From positions 111,478,001 through 111,542,000 of the forward strand of contig NW_024704743.1 in NCBI RefSeq assembly GCF_018977255.1: a stretch of DNA of 64,000 bases. Direction: 5' to 3'. How positions within the stretch are numbered: the stretch's first letter is position 1; every line of letters starts with the position of its first letter. This document shows positions 49,621 to 63,466 of this stretch, piece by piece. The position numbers were made by a program, and so were the translations under genes. The stretch comes from Callorhinchus milii. Taxonomy: Eukaryota. The notes beneath the pieces were generated by a model, which saw only the letters and a program-made list of their open reading frames with translations, did not search any database and was not told the DNA's origin.

Positions 49621-50814
49621 GACGATGCCATAACAACCGATTGTGACACAAAATTCACAACAACAGCCCAATTTGATTTGTCCTTTGTTGGTTACCAAAT
49701 AATCATCTCATTAGCATACGTCCTATTAATGATCTTATATAAAGAAGACCTGAAAATTTACAAGAGTCGTGTTAGTTTGTTGTAGTTCTTTCTTGTACAT
49801 TGAAATAAATGATTCTGATTGACTGTTAGTGCTGCCTCTTAGAATCGTTAGGGTAGGAGTGGTGACAGCAAAATAGAACCAGAAATTGAAATGCTAATGT
49901 TAAGCTGTCCAACGTAAGGTGAAATGCTAGGGTACTATAGTTGGAATTCTGTCTTGGGTAATACAACTACAACAAAATTAAATTTGTACAGTACCTTTCA
50001 TGTCGGGAGGACTTCCCAAGGTGTTGGAAATAAACGACACAGGCACTGACTATTCCTAGATAATAATAATCCTTCAATTTTATATAGCACCTCGTATGTC
50101 AGGAAAATGTCCCAAAGCAGTTTATAGGAGTTACTGTGAAGTTACTGTGTGTTTTATGGGTGAATTAAGTCTTTTGCTACACTTACACAACCACAGTTTC
50201 CTTCCAGGGATATTGTACAGCCCATTGCATCAGCTGTATTCACTGTGTACAAACCAAGGGATGAACTATGTAAATAACAACCAATGAAAAGCCTTTGAGG
50301 ATTATTTAATTAGGTACAAATCCCTTTGATTGACGATTGACGATCAGCTACACAGCGCAGGGCACATCCGATCTGTACAACTGGTTTGCACAACTCACAG
50401 AATCACCTAAATTCTCAGAAACCTCAGGCCATTTGTTTTCATGAGATCCATTTAAGAGGCATCTCCAGCATTACTGGGCATCCCCATTCCAAGGCCCTAG
50501 ATTGAGTGTGGATTTGCTTATAGTCCACTGTGGACCCACACAAACTGGAAGTGTAGTACATGCTGATTGGTTTCCCATGCTAAAATTGGTCAATTCAGGC
50601 CAGGTCTCTGTTAAATGTTGTGCTTATTTAGATTGGACCACTCAATATCACACTCTCAGTTTATAGTCCATTATTCCGAATAACTGGAAGCATGCAAAAT
50701 ACTAAAAAGACTCCTGAAATTGCAGTCAGATGACTTTTGCATCGTAGGCTGGTGTGAATAATCAGCTGATGGACACCAGCATTCTACTGTATTAGCAATC
50801 CTGTTAGAAATAGA

Positions 50815-50945
50815 TGTCAGCCTGACTCAACCAGTGGCATTCTCAACTCAGTGTCAGAAAGCTGCGGGTTTGAGCACCACATGGAAACACGGAGCTCATA
50901 GTCTAAGCTGACATTTGAAATGCAAGGATTATTATTATTGTTATT
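50815..50945 (+). mobile_element. Old SINE head abutting a (TTA)n SINE tail
   Basis: tgtcagcctgactca...gggtttgagc...tagtctaagctgaca followed directly by aaatgcaaggattattattatt. Confidence 0.5.
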
Positions 50946-51084
50946 ATATCAGACCTCAACATTTGATGAAAATGTCTGAGATATTCAAAGTAACAAAAGC
51001 AAATCAATAATTTGAAATATGCATAACATGACAGAAACCTTATCAAGTACCGATTGTAATCAAAGAGAAATAAAAGATTCTCAC

Positions 51085-51157
51085 TGGGTGTATTCTGACT
51101 TGTATCTGCGAAGCGGATGACCTGAGGAAGCAGGGCCAAGGGTTCTTGAGGATAGGC
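51085..51157 (-). CDS. Candidate 73-nt exon (frame unresolved; open in all three)
   Basis: Minus strand: attctgtttttccag|GCCTAT...ACACCCA|gtgaga. A GC-rich island in AT-rich DNA whose edges coincide with the splice signals. Confidence 0.5.
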
Positions 51158-51859
51158 CTGGAAAAACAGAATATTGTATGCAGAGTAAAATGTGTAATTT
51201 CTGTATGTTCAGAAATAACTGATTGATGACTGCATTGATGTATAAGCTAAAGCCTTGATACAGAACAGCTAAGATGAAACAATCTTGCTTGATATGAATT
51301 ATGAACAACTGCACGACAGCATGGATTTGTTGATGAACACCAGGAGTTCTAAGCAAAGAAACAACTGACATATTTACAGTCCCACAGGTTTCAATTGCTG
51401 GTTTGGAGATAAGAGGATTCTCTGAAACTCTGTCTGCAAAGGAAACATCTGAAGAGTAGGAAATGCACTCTTGCGTGACATGATGATATCTTGTTTGCAA
51501 CATATACTGCCTGATAAATGCACAAATTATTTATCTATATTCAGTGCCAATACCACCATCACACTTTTGTTTCAAAGACTGGAGATACATTGTGTGGATG
51601 TGTACATTGTGTACCCCTTCCAATGGTCTGCACTGTGAAGTTCCAACATGTAAGAAGGAACCTGATGGTGAGAGAATTCAATGGTATAATGATTCCCTAC
51701 TCTTTTCCTAAGCACTTGTAAACAAAGAAGCAATTTCTATGGAAAACACTGTGAGATACGTGTGAATTTCAGACCACTGAAATGGCTCATAAACAGCCCT
51801 GAAATAATATAAAATGTTCAATTATCTTCACACAAGCAATGGTTCTTATTACAATGGAG

Positions 51860-52200
51860 TTAATAATAATTGATATAGCACCTTTGAGACGCCTCAAAGC
51901 ACTTCACAGAGTATACTGTGAAGTGAATTGACTGTATATTTATTTTGTGGGCGAAATGCAGCAGACAATTGTATCCCATAAACAGTCATGGATTGAGTGA
52001 CCAATTTATTATTTTTTTTTGAAGGAATTATTACCCCCGGAAAAGCGATCTGCCAATCAACTAGCATCCGTTTTCCTACTTACTGCTAGGTAAACAGAGG
52101 CATGTGGAGTAAGGAAACTTGCCCAACGTTTCGCCCTGCTGGGAATCAATCCAGGTCTCTTGCTTGCGAGGTGAATGCTCTAACCACTAGCTTCAGGAGT
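51860..52200 (-). mobile_element. tRNA-Deu-L2 SINE, older long variant
   Basis: Same head and tail as 30489-30821, plus an extra ~70-bp segment at ~52035-52100. Confidence 0.9.
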
Positions 52201-54754
52201 TTTTCTTTTACTTATTCATTTTAGGTTGCAAATGGCAATGCAAATGGTCATGTTTAAATTCAAGACATTTTAGGGCAATCCTACCCCATGCTAGCTTGCT
52301 TCAAACTATACTTTTGTCATTTACTGAACTCTTCTGAACTAGGCTGATGAAAAACGATGCTGGAATTCCATGCTTTCAACATATTATAAAGTCATACTTT
52401 GGCATCTGCTGGATAACAACTGTTGTACTGATCGATCATTTGGTCATGCAACAACTAAATTATGCATTTCAGGGAGCTGCGGGATAAACTGTCTTAAGCA
52501 AATAGATTCATAAAACATCAAAATGTTTTGGACTTGGGTAGAGATATAATACTAAATCACTGCTGTTTCTATTGTGGAACTACTATTATTTTCCCTTCAG
52601 AACACACTGTTCACAAACAGCAAAGAATCACTGTGAGATTTATTTGGAGACCAATTATACAGGAAGGAAACTGATCAACACCATACGAATCACATTTTAT
52701 AAAAAGGTGCCTGGGAAATAAATTGATTTAAAAATTATATATTGTCAGACATCATTTCACTTCTACGTTTCACAGAATGGGAATGAGAAATTTACTTGAC
52801 CAACCCTGATTTTAAGAAAAAATTTAAAAAATACATATTTTATAGCAATATAGATATTTTTGTTAAAGTAACTTATGCAAATTTATATCAGGAAACAGGC
52901 AACAACATCTGCAGGGGTACATCAGCTGCTTTGAGAGCCCTAGCCCTTGATGTTATGATTTTATAATGATTCTGACTTCATTTTTCCTAAATGACACCAG
53001 ATGTTTGTCAAGTGAGTTTTTCATTCCCAGATTATGTAAAACCAGAAGTGAAATGATGTCTGTGGGCACATTTCAGCCTTCTTCTGGTTTAACTCTAAAG
53101 TGTCTGCTCACTGCATGCTTTCACCAACCTTTGTGGGTGAACGCTTTTAAAGCTCAAGCTTAAAAAATGATGACTGCAATGTGGGATAAACAAGACTGTT
53201 TTTTGCTGAATTTTTTTGACCAGCTAAAGAAAGGATGTTAAAATAAAGAGGGAAGGAAATCATAAAACGATAGAAAACTCCTTAGCGACCTTAGTACCAA
53301 TAGTTCCAATTCAATCAATAAAGAATATTTCCCTTAAATTAACAGGAAAAGTAATCAGATGTCTAAACATTATACTGAATGTTGCTTTTATTTCTATCTG
53401 GCAAATCTTCTGAACTTTGGTGGACACAATTTGCCAGAAGTCTTTTTCCACCACATTTGCATAATTTCATACATATTTTATACCCCCAGCATCGTATATT
53501 TTAAGTACACCAGTAGTCAGATTCAATTTTGCTATTCTATGAAAAATTATTGCGCTTGTATTATAAATTATTCCATTACTGCATTGGTAATGAGAAGCAT
53601 TATAAAATTAAAAGCAAATCTTACAGCTTATAGATATATCAAAGGCTTTGAGATATTGGGGAGATATGAATGCCATGTTTCACCGATAAGTGATCTGGGG
53701 ATTATCACTTCGATTTTATTAAGCACTTTACTTACAAAACTTACAATCCATGGTTATGTTGAGTAACAATTTATCCCATTTTTTATGAGGATAATCAAGA
53801 TGAACAAACGATTTTGATAACTACATACAGTATGATGAAAATATGCCTTAGCATAATTAGAAATAAAACCTGCAAAATTGGATGCATGTTGTTATTTTTA
53901 TTTAAACAGTTAATGGACACATTGTTCAAAAAGAAAATGTAACACTTCATAAGCAATCAGTTTTGCAATTATCTACTAGTGCAGTTAATCATCACCTAGG
54001 GTTCTGAGCCTTTTGGCACTTAAGAATCAACATGTTAGGTTATAATTAAACGAATGCACACTTTTCAGCACATAACTGAGTATATATGTGAGAAAGTGGC
54101 GTTAAGCTGAAAACTAAATGCAGGCAAGTTTAAGCAAAGTTCTGATTATGTCTGTCAGTGCAAATGAAGGCAATGCAATGCAGTGGCAATGTAAGCCTGC
54201 ACAAGCAACTCAATTCAACATTTATCATTAAGATCATAATAAATTCCAGGAATGGTTTCAGAGAAAGTCAAACGCAGTACTCGGCAATAAAATTCCATCT
54301 TTCAGCTTCACTCTAAGTACATTTTGTCCTCTTAATTTTTAAAACAGAAATTAACAGATTTAGTCAGCATGATTGCCATATTACTAAATTCCTGACTGAA
54401 CGAAAGTCAGTAATTAAGGTGGCCTTCAATTTGAAGCTGCAGAGCTAGCCTAGAATTAATTTCACTGCATTTAGGACAGACAGCGAAAGCTATAAAGCGC
54501 CATGTCATTAACAAAGTGGCATATTATTTTCCATAAAGAATAGATATACTGATCTACATTTTCAGACTGCCTAGCTGGATAGACTCGAGGGATATTATCT
54601 TATTCAGAAAGAACCTTTCAAGGTTGAATAAAAGAAATGGTGCAAGGTCCCTGGGAGAAGGAAGTGATCATCATTTTCACCTTCAACTCTTCTTTGATGT
54701 GGCAGAGTCAATTTTTAATCAGCAGCCATCAGACTGAGCTTCATTTTTACTTAC

Positions 54755-54778
54755 AAAGTCCTATTACTCTGCCACTTT
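54755..54778 (-). CDS. Candidate 24-nt micro-exon
   Basis: Minus strand: tccttatcacctccttccag|AAAGTGGCAGAGTAATAGGACTTT|gtaagt. Confidence 0.35.
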
Positions 54779-56729
54779 CTGGAAGGAGGTGATAAGGACA
54801 ATACTCTTCTTCTTCTTCATACAGCCCTGTATATGATGAGTCCCTTTGGAGAGGCTTGATAAAAAATGACTGAGCACATTGGGATAAAGGTCACCTCTCT
54901 GCTAGGCTTAAAGTTCAAAAAGCTACCTGGTGTAGGATGAAAGTCTTACGCTGTGTCTCTAGTTCATTACAACACTGAAATTACCACTTTCATGAACTAC
55001 TTACACATTTGTGCAATGAAACAGAAAATTAAAGGTCTTGGTAACAGACAGAGAGGACAATGAACAATTGCCTGTCATAAGAAACGTTCTGTCCATTTAA
55101 GCTATTTTTCTTTGACCCAGACACTAAATACCTTTCCTCTGAAATAGCGCCCAAGTCTCACAAAGAAAATTCTTGTGAACTTCAAACCATTCGTTATAGT
55201 TGGTGGTCTTAATTGTCTTGCTGAAATGGATTTAAAATCTGCAAATTGCACCATGAAATTACGTTACTAGCTCGTGGTGTTCACATTTCTTGTCAAGGGT
55301 TATAATCTCAATTAGAACATCAATCCTTTGGGTAAGGGGATACAAATGACGCTAAAATGCATTTTAAGAAGGAGCATCTGCGATGACAACCTAGTTATTA
55401 CAGGACAAAGCAATGTCATGTGAATTTCAAAAGACAAAAAAATTCAGACTGACAAAAATCACAGATCCCCTCGTGTGAATTTGAATGGGGACAAAACACA
55501 CTACAGCTTCCTGTCTGACAATTTTATAATTAGCAATAGCTGTAGGTTTTATAGTTATTTTACAGTAACACTAACTAATTACTGGGGGTATTATGAAACC
55601 AGTGTTTTCTTACAAAATTAAGGCCACTTTTCATAAAGCTTTTGCTAATGTGTTTCTCCACAATTATTCTGCAAATGGTAATTTGAAAAAAAAATTGGCT
55701 TGGGGACAAAAAGATACCATTTGTGGAAAAAAAATCAAAGAAAATTACTTTCTAGCAAATCGTCAAAAGCTTTGTGAGTAGGAGCCCAAGTGTCTAAACT
55801 CCACAAAGAATGTGCTTATCTGAATATGATTGGATAATGATATGTTGGGTGCTGGCTTTATTTCATTTAGTCACAAGCTGTAAAGCTATGGATGTATCTT
55901 AGAAAAGAGACAGTGTTCCTTTATAATGAGCCAGTAGAAATGATAGTTTGTCAATTTTGAGCTAGGCTGTATAATATCCGCTCAACAATATAATGTCTAA
56001 ACATATTCTCTAAAGAGTTTCTCTCCACTGCACCAAGATATATGAATTATGAATACATTGGAAAATAAATGGTCAAATGGACACAATTGGCAGACAGACT
56101 CCATTCAAATGTATCAAGAGACACTTTTAATTTCTTATAATGGGATCTGACCAGCATTTAGGCAGACCTTTTCCTACATAAATACACTGATGTTGTTCAT
56201 ATTAAACATAAACTGCATCTAGATTCAATGAAAAATATAGCTGTTCATACTTCTAACTCCATTTCTCACAGCACCAAGAATCTCCCAACTCTCCTGAATG
56301 TAAAACTTGCTTGCACTTTGCGACAGACCAAATGGAACAATTGTGTTGATTCTTTAAATGTATTAACAGGTTGTATTACTCCCCATTTCCAGCTTCATTG
56401 AATTATGCATATTTGTTATATAATAATAATTATAATGCTTGCATTTAACAGTGAAATGAACACGAGCCAATAAGCAAGTATCTATATTGTTTCTGTAACA
56501 GTGACAACTCTAAAAAAAACATACAATACACCAAATGGCATTTATCCAAGAATATTATGAAGGAAGACTACACTTAGAATGGTGAACAAATTACACACGA
56601 TTTACTGAAACCAAAATACTATTGCCTTCGATTGTCTTCCTCTTCGACTGAGAATGATGACATATGCTGTGATATAGTTGCACAAAGTACAGGTTACTAT
56701 CCAAGTCACAATGTTCATTGGCTGTGTGA

Positions 56730-56985
56730 GTTGGGAGAGTGAGGGTTTATATTAAGTCATGCATACCCAGATTCTGCCCTTTCCCTCATTCAATGTCCAC
56801 ACAGTGTACTTTGCAGAAGAGGGTTCCAGGATAGTGATCAGGAATATGAAGCCTTGCTAATTTCTCCTCTCCATAGCCAGCGGCACTGAGGATAAATAAG
56901 GGACCCCAATGAGGCCTCTTTGATCAGTACACTTTACAAAGCCTGAGGATTGAATCGGGGACCTTCTGGGTCATTATGGCTGTTT
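56730..56985 (-). mobile_element. Ancient SINE-like fragment, family unassigned
   Basis: Reverse B-box-like ggattgaatcggggacctt at ~56948. The body ggatagtgatcagga...ggcactgagg resembles shark interspersed repeats from memory. Confidence 0.35.
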
Positions 56986-58997
56986 CACATGAGGAAATCT
57001 ATTTAATATTTAATAATCATTGTGTAGTAATTGTTGCCTCTTTAATACGGGCCTCTGGGAGCTACTTTTACAGACTATTGAGTTCTGCAAATGTTCCAAT
57101 GTGTAAGTCAATTTTTCCATTTTATGTGAATCTATGAATGCTTTATGTTGGTTCCATTCACCATCTAACAACATAAACAGTAATAGCAGCATTCTAGTCC
57201 TCTATGTAGTGATTATTTTTCCCTGCCAGTCACCTTGTTTCTTGCTTGATTTTTCTCTTTAATGCCTGCCTGTCCCCCTTCAAATTTTGGGGTCAGAAGG
57301 TGAATAATAACCAGCACGAAACACTGGATCATTGCCCTGTGCCAATCTCCACTGACTGTCAACGAAACCCAAACTGAGGGTTTTATATAAAGCACAAGGC
57401 TGTATGATACTTCACTGGACTTCAGCCATGATTATTAGTTCTCAAAAATTATATTGTATACAGCATCTTTTGCACACAAACATTTTCCAGAAGAGGAAAA
57501 TGTTAAATCAATTTTACTTGACCATTTTAACCTCAATACCATACCAAGATGCATAACAGGACTGAGAGATTCACTGAATATTCAACCCTCCAGTGAGTTG
57601 TTATGCTGATTTGTTTTTAGTAAACCTTAGAGCTTCTTCTGTATCCAATATGCCTATTATCATGCTACGATGTATTTATAGGAAATTTATTTCTGCATTG
57701 CAACTACAGAGATTTTCTGTCCTTTCTCTTGCCAAACAATCAGCTCTCCTTTGCAATTGTGCTTAATGACAGCTGAGGTGAGCAACTCTCTGTCTGGAGG
57801 AACGGAATTACGAATCGGACTGTCAAAGCTGGCATTCTGACTCAAGGGCACCCATCAATAGAAATTTTCCCTTTAGCATTTAGACACCACTCATTACTTT
57901 TCAAATAAACAGGTGATAAGTGCCATAATTCTTCCTAAGCTGAATAAACATTCAAATACGTGAGGACGATTGGAAATATGGCAATGTAATCTTTGAGACT
58001 ATCTCCCACACACACTGCAAATGTCTGCATGTCTGCAACACAGGAGGAATCGGTGACAAGGCACCAGCACGATGACTTGATTGCACACTTTGTCATCTAT
58101 CAAAAAAATTTAATGTCACTGACATAAAAAGTTGCTCTCTGTTGTTTGAAAGTAACTATTAATTTTTGTAATAGTCTAGTACACTTATCACCATGTATAA
58201 ATGTTAATTCTCTATCTACACTTGTGGCTACAGAACTGCGAGGCACCACATACAGGTGATGTACAGTAAGTGCGAATAGTCGAATGATTACATTATACAC
58301 TATGCATGTTGGTAAGTACCCGCAACTATCCTTATGAAATGAATCTTGATGGGTACGGGAAATTTTGAGGAGCCGACAGATTATGTAAGCGTTGATGTCA
58401 AATATTACAATTATTTAAGCTGTTGCCTTTTGTCAAGATTCACCCCTCCCCCAAGTGGATTGTTCTGGCTGGCAGCTCGTTGTCAAGGTTACTGGGTGCG
58501 TGGGATGGAGATCTGAATGTAGTCGTGCAATATATGCGCATATATACAGGATATTTCTTAATTTCTCACTGGAGTGAAGGACCCCTAGTGTTCTTGCACA
58601 CTGGGGCAAACTGTAATGATTGTTTTACATTCAAGCTGATGAATGCTGATCTAAATTCACAACTTAAAATGCTGGATTTTCTCTTTTTTAAAAAATTCTA
58701 GTCACATAAGCATTAAAGTATCCAATAAACCAATATTAAGGTATCAAACCAATTGATTTAATAGCTCCCCTGATGCCCCAAATTTCTTATGTTTTAAGCC
58801 TGAAGACCAAAATCTTAAAATTTAGATTCTGCAGAATTTTGTAAAACTCTTACATTCAGTCCTAATTTGGACTCCTTTTTTTTTAAATGGCCCTTGCACA
58901 TTAAGAAATACGAAAAAATTGATCTAATCATTTTGTTATGTAACTAAACCCACCATGAATCATTGACTTTAGACAACTGCTACATTCTCACTCTCAC

Positions 58998-59159
58998 CTA
59001 CGAGGTGACAATACCTGAAGTAGCTGAAAGGATTGCCGCTATCCATTTTCTTTCCCACTTCTCCTCGCTCCTTGTTCGAGCTCCTCTGGCCCTGTTTCCA
59101 TCCTGCACACAACATTGAGATGACCCTGGGCAATATCACAAACTGTGTACTTTCATTTT
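58998..59159 (-). CDS. Candidate 162-nt exon (nested alternative: 59015-59102, 88 nt)
   Basis: Acceptor cttcactttgtctcttcag and donor TAG|gtgaga. Open frame NESTQFVILP...KKMDSGNPFSYFRYCHLV. Internal tgtgtgcag and AG|gtattg sites define the shorter form. Confidence 0.4.
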
Positions 59160-59589
59160 CTGAAGAGACAAAGTGAAGGCAGTTTTGTTAGGTACAATAC
59201 GATATTACAGGGATTTCGGGGTGGGGGTAGGTGTGCCCGGAGGAGGTGATGGATGGTGGATAACAGGGCCATTGGATTGCTTTTGGCTTCCAGAATGGTT
59301 TTGGTGACTGAGCTATCAGCAATTAAAAGCCTAGCTTTTCAAACACAGCTGTAATTATCTCCCTCCTCCTTCAGTGCCCCTGCTCAATGGGCAGGGGCAC
59401 CTCTCTGTAAAGCACTCCGAGACATGCCTCTATGCGAAGAGCACCTCATCCCTCTACTTATATCACTTTCAAATTCACCAAAAAGTAGTTTCTCGAGCCT
59501 TTATGGCATGCGCTGATTTTCTGTAGGTATACAGTATAAATTCAGACTGCCTGGATCAGACAATTAAAAAACAGAATAATGTGACACAA

Positions 59590-59900
59590 TATAATAATAA
59601 TCCTTGCATTTGATATAGCGCTTTTCATGTCTTCTAGACGTCTCAAAGCGCTTCACAGAATAGATTTTAAAGTGAATTGACTGTATATTTGTGGGCAAAA
59701 CGTGGCAGCCAATAGCGCACAGCAGTGTCCCACAAACAGTCGTGGATTGAAATGACCAATTTATTATTGTTTTTTTTGAGGGATTATTATCAGGTATGTG
59801 GAATAAGGAAACTTGCCCAAGGTTTTGCCCTGCCGGGAATCGAATCCAGGACTCTCGCTTCCAAAGCGAGTGCTCTAACCACTAAGCTACAGGATTCCAC
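59590..59900 (-). mobile_element. Full-length tRNA-Deu-L2 SINE
   Basis: Co-linear with 30489-30821 from the tail to the head (agcgagtgctctaaccactaagctacaggattcca). Confidence 0.93.
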
Positions 59901-60984
59901 TTTTCTTTATGAGACGAAAATATCAATAATCTCTCTTGCGGTAAAATTTTCCAATTATATTTCTAAAAATAATAAATACATACAGACCAGAAATAAGTAA
60001 AAGGTTCAAAAATAACAAAGGGAATTACACAGAGTTTAACAGTTGTGCTTAATAAAGCTTCAGAATATCAGAGATCTTAAACTTTTCATAGATGATAGTT
60101 TCAATGATTCGCCTTGCCGGGAATCAAAACCAGGTCTGCTTGCTTAATGTTAATAAATAACTTGGTGAATCTAGTATTCCACCAAGTTGCTTAACAAGTA
60201 CCCACAGTCACAATACTAGAATCCTCAGTGCTATTTCATGCATGCCAAGGGACTTGTTGGGAAGGATGCTTCCGCAAACATGGGTAGCAGATTTGCCTAA
60301 GGGCAGTCACTGCAGTGTTAATCTGGGCATTAAACTTAAACTCTCCTCAGACCAGCCTACATTTCTCTATGGAGCAAAGATGATGACTGCCATATGGCTA
60401 ATGTGGAGGTGTAGTTTCCCAAGATACTAACCCTGAGAGGGCCCCTCTGACATCCCTGCACCTTCTTCTAACATTACCTCTTCATCACCTGTGCCTTATG
60501 CTCCATCAATATTCTGCACCATTTCTGTGGCTGGGTTTGTGCAGCGCGGTGTGATTATGGCAGCAAATCCTGTCTCACAAATGCTACAGGATACATTAGA
60601 AAAGCTGACTTCCCATCATGAGCACCACTGATGTAATACCCTCCTGGTTGCTCAGGATGAATGTAGTATTTTATGCACTAGAAATTAAAGAGGAATCATA
60701 ATGGAGATATTTAAGAAGAGACTTCCCAAATCCATCATAGAATAAAAAATGTGACATTTCATAATTCCCCTCCTCCTACTCTGCACCCCGCAAAATAGTT
60801 CTGTCCATTTATTGCTTTCAGTCACAAATCGGTATGTGAGACACCATTTTAACTTAGTTAGTATCCTGTGAAGCAGCATTCATTGGCTCCAGGATCAACA
60901 AAGCAAAGCTGGGCTTGCTTTGCTACAGGGTACTGACCCGTGACCCCATATAAAGGGCACTATTTAATTGCAAGTAGTCGTTGT

Positions 60985-61086
60985 TGCTTTACAGTCAATT
61001 CACTTTACAGTATATTCTGCGCAGCGCTTTGAGACGTCTTGAAGACGTAATAAGCTGCTATTTCAAATGCAAGGATTATTATTATT
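60985..61086 (+). mobile_element. SINE 3' end
   Basis: acagtcaattcactttacag...agcgctttgagacgtc...aaatgcaaggattattatt. Confidence 0.85.
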
Positions 61087-61649
61087 TACACTAGCCATGA
61101 TGGCAGCAGAAGTCTCAGGAGCAAACCAATGGGAAAATGCCACATTTTTCACCCGCTTGAAATAAAAGACTAAACAAACAAAAAAATTGCAGAACACAAA
61201 ACAAAATAAATGCTGGTTGAAATTAAAAGAAAAAATAAATGACATATTAATGCATCAAAAAAAACTACAAAAACAACAAACAACAAAATTACATTTGTAA
61301 AGCGCCTTTCACGTTGGGAGGCCATCCCAAGGCGCTGAAGAAAGATGCTCCTGGATCTCAGAAAGAAATAAACTCACAAAGATGCTCCTGGGTCTCCATA
61401 TTCACAAATTGGTCTGTCCTGATCAATGCTACACATCTGAAGAGAGGTCTGGATTTTCACATGGTCTCAGACTTAATGCTATTGTCTTAAAATTTCACAT
61501 TGTGCAGGATTTGGAAAATTCTTCAATTTAGTCTTCATTAAGAGCCTGTTTCCAGTAATTCCTCTTTGCAGTAAGGAAATGAAATAATGCCTTGTAGTTT
61601 TAACAAAATAACATTCATTAACACATCGGAAAATATCTATTGCCTATCT

Positions 61650-61957
61650 GTCTGCACTGGCCTGCTTCAGGTCCCCCGCACTTTCCATCCTACAATCGGC
61701 AGTCGGGCATTCAGCATCTCTGACCCACACTCTGGAACTCTATCTCGCAATTCTTCCGCCTCACCCCCTCTCTTGCCTCCTTCAAGTCTGGTCTGAAGAC
61801 CTTCCTCTTCAACCATGTCTTCGGCCACCCTCCCACCACCTGCCCTCCTCCCCTTCTGACCCCAACTCCCAGCTCGGGACCAAAATCCGATTGTCCAGCG
61901 CCCTGAGACGTCTTTCCGATGTGAAGGCACTATAGAAGTGTAATTTATTGTTGTTGT
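61650..61957 (+). mobile_element. L2 3' end (second subfamily)
   Basis: TGLLQVPRT..TIGSRAFS..LWNSL and a tail ccagcgccctgagacgtctttccgatgtgaaggcactata...ttgttgttg. Confidence 0.9.
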
Positions 61958-63442
61958 CTTGACAGACAATTCAAATAACATTGCAGTCATTACACAGTGA
62001 TTGTTCGTTAGAAGACTAATTACCTTCAACACATATATTTTCTAGTTGATGTAAGTACTATATAAGTTCAGGATAAAAGACTGAACTTTAAAGCTTGCTA
62101 CCCTGGTACCAGACCATAGCATGGGATCTAGCTGTAATTATGCCATAATGATATGCCTGTTGCTAAGCAAATTATGTCATAATAGGTTACTCCTTATCAT
62201 TAATCTAATAAGGCTGTAAGGGTTCTTGCTTTGAATTTGCTACGGCTGTTACACATCTGATGAAGAGGAAGAGCTAGAATGTGAATAATAAAACTGAATG
62301 TTTTATTTTGACAGTCAGGTTTTTTCAAATTTCAACTGGTTGATATGCATACATCAATTCCCAGGATCTCATCCATTTAGATGAGATATTATAGCTGTTT
62401 TCAATCTCCATTACAGACACAGACACAGAAGGACAGGAGTATGGCAGTAGTAAGTTCTTACAGTACATGATGAACACTTATAGACAAGATAAAAGGTGAC
62501 TTGGTGTGTTTATTTATTTGAGTAAAGAATCATTGCAATACCCTGAGGAGTATTCTGATACATGCTAATGCCTATCAGAAGCCAATTCAACCAAATCATA
62601 CATCTATAAAAATGTTTTTTTTAAAAAAACTGCTTTAATATCATCGCAAGATGTGAATCATCTATGAATAAGTCAAACACACAATTAAAAGAATGTTACA
62701 TTAAATATTGTAGATTAAACTTTTCAAGCAAAGTGGTTTATGGTTATACATGTCAAACAAGAACTTTAAATTGCAAATAGAAACATTGCTCATTGTTCAT
62801 ACTGTAGTTTGTTCTACTTTTAAGTACATGACAAGATCCTATTGATAAGAAATTATGCAGATTAATTTTTTGAGATTAGAGATATTAATGCATTTTTAGT
62901 AGCATTTTTACTTGAGCAAATTGCTGTCATGCACAGAACCATATCTACAAGTCACATTACTTCAAATAATGCATTCAGAAAACAACTACATTCATAAAAA
63001 GACATGGCACTCTGTCAAAAATAAGGTAAAAGAGGGGAAAAAAAAATTCTGACAAGGCACAATGACAAAACAATGCATATTTACAAAAAAAAGGTCAAGT
63101 GGCTGCACATAAAATAACTGACATATGCTTAAGGTTTTATATCTCTTGACCATTAGTCAATCAAGCTGCAAAAAAAAATGTCACCTGACACAAGAATAAC
63201 ATTTCCTCATCAAATATATTTCAAGTGCTGCAATGTGGCTGTTAACTGCTTCAGGAGGAAGCAGAACATTGATTCTATTATGTACATCAGAATAGCTTTT
63301 ACACATTTTGACACTAAAAACATAAAATATGCAGGACTGGAGTGTCGTACGAACAAAGCCTACACAACAGTACAAAAAGACTACAAAGTAGTGGAATGCC
63401 TTACTGAACTTTGTTTTTTTTAAACGACTGATATTAACTTAC

Positions 63443-63466
63443 AGGCAATGACTGTGTTTGTGTAAA
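63443..63466 (-). CDS. Candidate 24-nt micro-exon
   Basis: Minus strand: tgttatttttcaacag|TTTACACAAACACAGTCATTGCCT|gtaagt. Open in all frames. Confidence 0.33.

Noticed and set aside
53359..53766. 135-aa plus-strand ORF
   Set aside because: AT-rich, I/Y/F-biased, with no recognisable domain or splice context. Likely a chance ORF.
61342..61398. Short direct repeat aagatgctcctgg(a/g)tctc, two copies
   Set aside because: A local duplication beside an L2 tail with no further structure.
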